From: a virus
Taxonomy: Duplodnaviria; Caudoviricetes
DNA length: 64,000 nucleotides
IMG/VR virus record: IMGVR_UViG_3300030708_002798
Reading direction: 5' to 3' (one strand)
The notes under the pieces were generated by a model. It was not told where the DNA came from. It saw only the letters and a program-made list of their open reading frames with translations, and searched no databases. The translations under genes were made by a program, and so were the position numbers. This document shows, in pieces, positions 57,693-64,000 of this stretch (position 1 is its first letter; every line of letters starts with the position of its first letter).

Positions 57693-60385
57693 TACGTATA
57701 CAGACTTGGGAACGATAATCTTTCCTGAGGTGTCTCAGATTCTTTAAGTATATGAATCGGTTGCAGCAGAGTGATTACTTGAAGACCTTCTTTTTCGTAA
57801 TCTGCTTGAGCCATTAACGCATCACTATTTAGTTTACTCTTTTGAGTTCCTAGGTTCGACATTAATTCTGCATCAGGTTTTAAAGCAGGTTCTTTAGATA
57901 CTGGTTTTTGAGCAGGATCTTGTGGAATTGAAATAGATCCACTCTTAGCACTTCTCATATCTCCATGACCAGTTTTTGAAATAATATTTCCTGCAGCATC
58001 AGTAACAGTTACAGAAGCACCCCAACCACCACCAGTTCCATAATTAACTCTACCACCTCGAACTGTTGGAGTTAAGATATTAACACCTTCTGCACTCTTA
58101 TCTCGTCTACCCTTACCAATATGTGGAACATAATAATCAATACTATGGAAGTCTGCGTGCATAGAATGACTATGTGCAGCAAAAACACGTTGCATTAGTT
58201 TTTGCTTTTCTGTCATAGATGCATCTGGATTGTAAATAATTCCCGCAACTGCATCATTAGAAAACTCAATCTCTCTTCCTCTCTTACGATATCCTAAAGC
58301 AAGTTCATCCATCATACCAACTATTTGTGACATGGATAAACCTTTATGGAATTTAGTGTCAATATGATATTCAGTACCAACACCAATTCTACCTGCAGGA
58401 CCAGTTCTTAATTCAGTATCCAATACATTTCCAGTCACCATGGTTGGATTTATCGGAGGTCCACTATATGTTGTGGTATTTGATGCTGGGATTAGAGGAT
58501 CTTGAGGTCCAGGTAAAGGTCTATTTGCTGCATCTGCTGCCCTTCTTCTTAGTTCTCTTTGCTGTTCTTCTGCTTTTCTTTGTGCCTCAAATTCTTCTTT
58601 AAAAATATTGTTTACTTGAGTTTGTGATATTTCAAGTGCTATACCTCTTTCTGTGGCAATTTCAATAATTCTTCTAATTGTACCTTTCATCATCTTCATC
58701 TTATACTCACTCATAGTCGATCTAGACATGAAAGAAGTTATTCTATCAAGTTGAAACATTGGTGACTCTTGATATGCTCTTTCCTTTTCAATTAATTCAA
58801 TTTGTCCCTTGATATATTTTCTCCTATTCTCTTCAGTTAAGTCAAAGTAATTCATAGCATAACCATTCATCGATGCTCGATCACCAGCACTAAGAGCCTC
58901 TTCTAATAAAACCTCAGCTAACACACCTACTCCTAGGTTCATTAGTCCTGTTGCAGCACCTTTCAACGTTCCTCCTATGCCAGGACCTTTTTTGAGCATA
59001 GCAGGTTTTTGTGCCGTTCTGTTCTTAAATAACTGACTTAATCTAATCTGCCTATTTAAAATATTTCTATATTGTCTATAACCTTTTAATTGACTTTGAA
59101 TAGCACCCAACATGTCATCACCAATAATGACATCTGGATCTGTAATACCTTTATATCCAGTAACAATAATAAAGTCCTTAATATCTTTGAGATTTTTTAG
59201 ACCATATCCTCTCTTCGCAAGTTCTTTATTATTCTGCAAGAATTTCATAAAATCATCATTATATTGTTTATTCATTAAAATCTTACCAGCTAATACTGGA
59301 TCAGATACACCCTTAATTTTGGGTAGAAATGGACTTGCTGCAGTACCTGGAGGTACTTTTGTTGCTGTACCTCTTTCAAGAGTCTCCTCTAATGCTTTAC
59401 GTGCCGCCTCTGTTCCTGTTGGTTTTGTGGGTTTTTGTCCACCACCACCTGCTGTTACTGGAGTCTTGACTGGAGTTTGAACTTTTGGTTTAACTGGTGC
59501 TTTAGTTGGAGCTTTAGTAGGTGCTTTGACTGGTGCCTTTGCTTTTGGTTTGACTGTTGGTTTTGGTGGTTTCGGTGGTTTTGGTGGATTTTTAGGAATG
59601 TTTCCTTTTGGATTCAATCTTGTGGCAAGTGCCATGATTGCAATAGAAAGACTTGCTACTTCAGCAAATCTGCTAGTAAACTTATCATAGATTGCTTTTA
59701 AATTTTCACCACCAATATCTTCAATCTTTTCTCTCACCCATTCATTAATATTATAAGCACCATCAATTATTGATACAATACCATCAAATGCTGCTCCAGC
59801 CGCCTTTGTAAGGAAATCAAATGCTCCTCCAAGAAAACCTAAGACCTTTTCAATAGTTTCGTAGTTATCAATCAAAAATAATACTAACTTCCCAAGCAAA
59901 ATATTGAAAATAAAATCTCCAATAGAACTTTGGATCTTTTTAAGACCTAATTTGCCTGCTAATATACCACCAAGTTTACCTTTTTTCTTTTCACGTTTCT
60001 TTTCTCTGTCTGCTCTTTTTTGTTTTTCGAGCATCCTCATCTTAGTTTTTTTATATTTCTTATCAGATATCAAAGATTTCTTTAGGATCTTTTCAATAGA
60101 TCTCAACTCTTTTATAATTGTAATATAAGGATTTTGATTTCTAGAAGCAGATGCCTTTTTTGCTCCTGTATCAGAAGCAAAATTACTAGCTGTTATTGCA
60201 GATCCTCTTTGAGTAACAGGAACTATTGCAGAGGATTTATTACCTCCAGAACGTTTGCCCTTACCCTGACCTTCTTTCTTTCCTTTTTTACCAAGAATCT
60301 TTTTTGCTACAATTTTCTTCCCTTGAGACTTGACTATTTGTCCACCTATTCCTTTAGCTGCACTTAATAATAGAGGTATTGCCAT
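57692..60385 (-). CDS. Large baseplate-hub / tape-measure-like protein with Pro/Lys/Ala linker and His-rich C-terminal peptidase-like domain
   Basis: Basic coiled coil, hydrophobic helices, KAP repeats; C-terminal YHID...HSH...SIDYY...GGGWG..V.V......TGHG. Confidence 0.5.
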   Translation of the reverse strand: MAIPLLLSAAKGIGGQIVKSQGKKIVAKKILGKKGKKEGQGKGKRSGGNKSSAIVPVTQRGSAITASNFASDTGAKKASASRNQNPYITIIKELRSIEKILKKSLISDKKYKKTKMRMLEKQKRADREKKREKKKGKLGGILAGKLGLKKIQSSIGDFIFNILLGKLVLFLIDNYETIEKVLGFLGGAFDFLTKAAGAAFDGIVSIIDGAYNINEWVREKIEDIGGENLKAIYDKFTSRFAEVASLSIAIMALATRLNPKGNIPKNPPKPPKPPKPTVKPKAKAPVKAPTKAPTKAPVKPKVQTPVKTPVTAGGGGQKPTKPTGTEAARKALEETLERGTATKVPPGTAASPFLPKIKGVSDPVLAGKILMNKQYNDDFMKFLQNNKELAKRGYGLKNLKDIKDFIIVTGYKGITDPDVIIGDDMLGAIQSQLKGYRQYRNILNRQIRLSQLFKNRTAQKPAMLKKGPGIGGTLKGAATGLMNLGVGVLAEVLLEEALSAGDRASMNGYAMNYFDLTEENRRKYIKGQIELIEKERAYQESPMFQLDRITSFMSRSTMSEYKMKMMKGTIRRIIEIATERGIALEISQTQVNNIFKEEFEAQRKAEEQQRELRRRAADAANRPLPGPQDPLIPASNTTTYSGPPINPTMVTGNVLDTELRTGPAGRIGVGTEYHIDTKFHKGLSMSQIVGMMDELALGYRKRGREIEFSNDAVAGIIYNPDASMTEKQKLMQRVFAAHSHSMHADFHSIDYYVPHIGKGRRDKSAEGVNILTPTVRGGRVNYGTGGGWGASVTVTDAAGNIISKTGHGDMRSAKSGSISIPQDPAQKPVSKEPALKPDAELMSNLGTQKSKLNSDALMAQADYEKEGLQVITLLQPIHILKESETPQERLSFPSLYT
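59460..59600 (-). repeat. Degenerate 9- and 12-bp tandem repeats encoding PPK / KAPT / KAPV
   Basis: Plus strand ggtgctttagtt ggagctttagta ggtgctttgact ggtgcctttgct and ggtggtttc/ggtggtttt. Confidence 0.6.
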
Positions 60386-62757
60386 TATGTTAGATCTCCA
60401 CTATATGTTGCAACTTTTCTTCCACGAACTTCTGATGATAGAGGTGCTATCACAGGGAAGTCTGGATCTGATGGAGGTGCTTGTGCCACATTACCAGATC
60501 CCTCAAGTTGAGTCATTGCTGGTAATGTAATCGTTCCTCCTCTCATTGCTACCGCAGGAGGATCAATCGATGCTTTTGGAATGTTAGGCACCCACATCTT
60601 CATGTGAGCATCCCACTTCTTATTTGTTCCCAAACGTTCGGTATTTCCTGCAGCATCACTTCCAGGTCTTGGTCTGTAACCAGGACCTGCTTCAGCAATA
60701 AGAGTAGTAAGATTGCTTACATTTAAATTGGATGATTGATTTCCTTCATTTTTATCTCTCTTCTGAAGAATTTTGACATTATGTATCACATCACCAATAA
60801 ATTTAATTGGATTCATGATGAAATCAAATAAACTACCACTTCTTAGTTTTGAATCTGGAGAAGACATTTTTGGTTTCTTTGGTTTCGTCTCTTTTTTCTT
60901 TTTCTCTGCTTTTGGTTCTTCCTTAACCTGAGTTAGATCTAAAGGACCCGATAGGAATAATTTTCTCTCTGCTGCTATTCTTGCAGCACTAGGTCCACCT
61001 CTCTGAAGTTCTTTAGCAGCAGTTTCCATATCACCAGCATTAATTGCCTTAGTATACTTTGGATATTCTCCATATGCATATGGTGCATTCCATGCCACAA
61101 CTAACATACCTGCCTTTTGATCATCAGACATTTTACTCCAGTGTGGAACACGTTTTGCATAATTATCATGAATACCCTTAATGTTTGATTTTATAATTTT
61201 ATCTGCTTCTGCCTTGGTAATCGGTTTATCATATCTTCCCACTGGTTTGTTTCCAGAGAAAATATCATCATAGTAAGTAGATCCCCATCCAATAGTTATG
61301 TTGCCATCTCCATCATCATATGGATAGATCATAGTATCATTGGAGATAGAACTCCATGGTGTATTGCTAACAACACTTCTTCCACCAGGTTTAACATAAT
61401 CATTAACACCTTTTGTTAATGAAGATAATGCTTCATCTTTTTTCAATTCTGATAATGCTTTTGCTACAGGTCCACCACCAGCTGCAAACATTACACCACT
61501 TCTTTCTTTTGGTTTATTTGTTCCCCCACCAGCAGCATTTATTGCTGCCATAGTATCTACACCAAATTTATCAACAGCACCTTTACTCATTACAAATTCA
61601 CCTGGAGATAACATTGCAGGAACCGTATCAGTTCCTAGAGGTGCAAGACCACCACCAGCGTATTGACTAAAGATACCACCAAATGGTTCAGTAAATCCTG
61701 CTCCTCCACCATATTCACTAGCTTCTTCCCGAGCAGATTTGTCTGGATCATCTGGGTCTTTTACTACTGCTGTTCCATCCTGAGAAAGCCACCACGCACC
61801 AACACCCAAAGCAGTTAATCCAAGTGCTGCTGCTGCAAATGGATTTGCCATGAGTCTTGGTAATAGTTTCAATAATTGGACAGTAAGTCCAGTAATCATT
61901 CTAGTAACAGTTGCAATGAATCCACCAAGAGGTGTTGCAAATAGTACAAATGCTGCTGTTAATGCTGGCCACCAATCACCCAAGAATTTACCCAGAGTGT
62001 CTAATTTCTTCTGGTTTTCTGAATCACTCATCCATTCCAACATTCCAACAATTGCTTTGCCAAGAATTATATTCTTCAAGAAATTGAAAATGCTATCAAG
62101 TAGTCCCATCTTAGGAGCAGACTTTTTCAGTTTCTTCATGAAACCAGTTGCCTTTTTCTTTTCCTCAGACTTATCTTCTTTAGATTTTCGTTTTTGATTC
62201 TCTAAATTTTTTCTTTCAGCATCTCTAATACTCTTATTAACTTCTAGTTGCTCTTCGAGAATAGAACGAATAGAAGTAACTAGACCAATAATTGTAGTCA
62301 GTTTATTATCAGTATCTACCTTCTTTTTTCTCTTTTCTTCTTCCTCACCTTCAGGAAGAATATTTTGCTGTTTTGCTGGAGATAATAATTTATTAGAGTT
62401 TATAGGTTTAGATGGTGCTCTGAGATTATCCGAATCTATTTTTATTTTTTTCTTCTTAATAGTAAACCTACCAACTTTTCTCTTAACTCTTTTAAATTCG
62501 TCGGTAAGTAACTCTGCCTCTTCTGTAGGCAACTCTTGCTTTGCCATTCTGGCAGCAGCCATCTTCTCCTTTAATAAGGAGAGGTATGTGGCATAGTCAA
62601 TATCAAATGTATCTTCTAATCCTAAAAGCCTTAGTATCCTTTCATCTACTTCTTCATCAACTAGATCATCTTGACGAGTTCCTTCATACAAAGTAAGAGC
62701 ACTTTCTCTCTTTGCTTCATCTCTTATACTTTGTAGTAACTCGTCTAGATCACCCAT
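60385..62757 (-). CDS. Tape-measure / hub-like protein with phage (GH24-like) lysozyme domain
   Basis: GTDTVPAMLSPGEFV motif common in tape-measure proteins; E...YDDGDGNITIGWG...ITKAEAD...ERKLF lysozyme-like segment. Confidence 0.65.
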   Translation of the reverse strand: MGDLDELLQSIRDEAKRESALTLYEGTRQDDLVDEEVDERILRLLGLEDTFDIDYATYLSLLKEKMAAARMAKQELPTEEAELLTDEFKRVKRKVGRFTIKKKKIKIDSDNLRAPSKPINSNKLLSPAKQQNILPEGEEEEKRKKKVDTDNKLTTIIGLVTSIRSILEEQLEVNKSIRDAERKNLENQKRKSKEDKSEEKKKATGFMKKLKKSAPKMGLLDSIFNFLKNIILGKAIVGMLEWMSDSENQKKLDTLGKFLGDWWPALTAAFVLFATPLGGFIATVTRMITGLTVQLLKLLPRLMANPFAAAALGLTALGVGAWWLSQDGTAVVKDPDDPDKSAREEASEYGGGAGFTEPFGGIFSQYAGGGLAPLGTDTVPAMLSPGEFVMSKGAVDKFGVDTMAAINAAGGGTNKPKERSGVMFAAGGGPVAKALSELKKDEALSSLTKGVNDYVKPGGRSVVSNTPWSSISNDTMIYPYDDGDGNITIGWGSTYYDDIFSGNKPVGRYDKPITKAEADKIIKSNIKGIHDNYAKRVPHWSKMSDDQKAGMLVVAWNAPYAYGEYPKYTKAINAGDMETAAKELQRGGPSAARIAAERKLFLSGPLDLTQVKEEPKAEKKKKETKPKKPKMSSPDSKLRSGSLFDFIMNPIKFIGDVIHNVKILQKRDKNEGNQSSNLNVSNLTTLIAEAGPGYRPRPGSDAAGNTERLGTNKKWDAHMKMWVPNIPKASIDPPAVAMRGGTITLPAMTQLEGSGNVAQAPPSDPDFPVIAPLSSEVRGRKVATYSGDLT

Positions 62758-62917
62758 TTGCCGTTTGCTGTTTTAACTTCTCTTCTTCAAGATGTTGTTG
62801 AAGTAGCATGACATAGATATCACGTTCAATAGGGATCATATTTTCAATCTCTGTTAATGAGTATTTATGGTACTGCATCAAGGCAAAATTGAGACGAAAA
62901 TAGTTCTCCAGATCCAT
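62750..62917 (-). CDS. gp51: Baseplate hub assembly catalyst, T4 gp51-like (55 aa)
   Basis: Hand translation MDLENYFRLNFALMQYHKYSLTEIENMIPIERDIYVMLLQQHLEEE; directly downstream of gp26. Confidence 0.8.
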   Translation of the reverse strand: MDLENYFRLNFALMQYHKYSLTEIENMIPIERDIYVMLLQQHLEEEKLKQQTANG

Positions 62918-62928
62918 GTGGATCAAGG

Positions 62929-63645
62929 CTATGCGAAAAAAGATGCTAACCCTTCCAGAACAACTTCACTTTCTACACCAGTATTTGGATTGGTAACTTT
63001 CACTGTATGCGATAGTTTAGGCATAGTAGTGAAGAATTCTTCAATCTTCTTAAATTGTGCAGAGTTCATCTGCTCAACAAAACCAAGAAGTTCTTTCTTC
63101 GTACAGTTAGATGCTTCCCAAACTTCTTCTTCAGTATACACCTTATCAATACATGAAACAATGAGATCAAACGATCTATCAGAAGTATTCTCAACATCAT
63201 CAAAGTTTTCTTTGATGAATTCACTAAGTGAAGGATACTTCATCTCAATCATAATCTCATCATTTACTTTGATTTGTGTGGTATGCTTATCATCCTTTTC
63301 AACTTGAATATCACCTACATCAATTTGAACAGGAACCTGAGTTTCACCGTCGTCAGGGCAAATCAAATTTACTTCAATTTCTTCACCAACTGACTTTCCA
63401 CGAATATTCAAAAATAGATATTCGATATCAAATGTTGGTAGTGATTCGACCTTAATACCTTTAGTCTTAATACAACTCTTAATTACAGTTTTCACTGCAT
63501 TTGTAATTTGCTTTTGATTTTCCGTTTCTAGAGCATATAGTAGAACTTTTTCTTCTTTTACTAGAAATGGACGGTATTCTACAGGTTTTCCAGTTGATGG
63601 CAATTCCAACTCAAATGTTGGTGTAGCAATTGTTGGTAAAGGCAT
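62929..63645 (-). CDS. gp26: Baseplate hub subunit, T4 gp26
   Basis: MPLP....P.FEL.LPS....YRPFLVKEEK.LL, FDIEYLFLNIRGKSVGE, LEGLASFF. Confidence 0.9.
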   Translation of the reverse strand: MPLPTIATPTFELELPSTGKPVEYRPFLVKEEKVLLYALETENQKQITNAVKTVIKSCIKTKGIKVESLPTFDIEYLFLNIRGKSVGEEIEVNLICPDDGETQVPVQIDVGDIQVEKDDKHTTQIKVNDEIMIEMKYPSLSEFIKENFDDVENTSDRSFDLIVSCIDKVYTEEEVWEASNCTKKELLGFVEQMNSAQFKKIEEFFTTMPKLSHTVKVTNPNTGVESEVVLEGLASFFA

Positions 63646-63672
63646 AATGACTTATAATAAGTTCAGTGTGTT

Positions 63673-63679
63673 TATTTAG
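63673..63679 (-). promoter_or_regulatory. T4-type late promoter
   Basis: CTAAATA upstream of gp26. Confidence 0.55.
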
Positions 63680-63680
63680 T

Positions 63681-64000
63681 CTATAAGAGTGACCTTGCAT
63701 AGTCTGCTAGTCCATCATCAGGAGCAACAATTTCAGCTGCTCTACTTAATAAAGAGTTAGGATCTGCGAAGGATCCATATCCGTTATTACTATCAGCATT
63801 CGTCAATGGTAAAGCACCTGAAGAATCTGCTCTAATCATCTCTTGATAATATCTTGAATATGACATTCTAACAGTAACACTAAGCATTTCTGATCCATTA
63901 TATGAAACAGGAACACTATTCAATCCTATTGGGAAAGCATTCAGAAATGTGTACTGCAATGCAGGTCCAACATCAGTAGCAGGAGCACCTGGTGTACCTC
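63681..64000 (-). CDS. Tail-tube-fold baseplate protein (gp19/gp54-like), C-terminal part; starts outside the window
   Basis: Y.F.NAFP.....VSY......VTV..SY.RY motif. Confidence 0.6.
   Translation of the reverse strand, partial: GTPGAPATDVGPALQYTFLNAFPIGLNSVPVSYNGSEMLSVTVRMSYSRYYQEMIRADSSGALPLTNADSNNGYGSFADPNSLLSRAAEIVAPDDGLADYARSLL

Overview
A 64-kb segment of a large T4-like marine cyanomyophage (Synechococcus/Prochlorococcus myovirus type), with essentially all genes on the minus strand. In transcription order (right to left): (1) ~64-51.7 kb baseplate/hub module: gp26, gp51, two large hub/tape-measure-like proteins with a lysozyme or peptidase-like domain, a gp27-like hub and a gp5-like spike, with cp12 embedded; (2) a small sigma70-driven island with cpeT and tRNA-Leu(UAA); (3) ~50.7-26.4 kb large virion/tail-fibre proteins, an S8 protease and a duplicated two-gene cassette; (4) a PD-(D/E)XK-like protein, an NblA-like ORF missing from the track and an SF2 helicase; (5) ~22.9-14.4 kb cluster of 2OG-Fe(II) oxygenases around two HxH needle/collar paralogues and their putative chaperones; (6) ~14.3-1.6 kb hyperplastic early region of small ORFs punctuated by a repeated promoter cassette, with a candidate replication origin at ~2.6-3.0 kb; (7) a glycosyltransferase-like gene and a truncated flavin-dependent halogenase at the left edge. 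The most striking observation is one needle paralogue carrying a ~250-aa Lys-free, ~87-Arg insertion whose R6-WG-R5 core lies almost exactly midway between its two HxH motifs. It sits next to a partner with a long acidic extension and is flanked by oxygenases. All family calls come from motif recognition by eye; no database searches were run.
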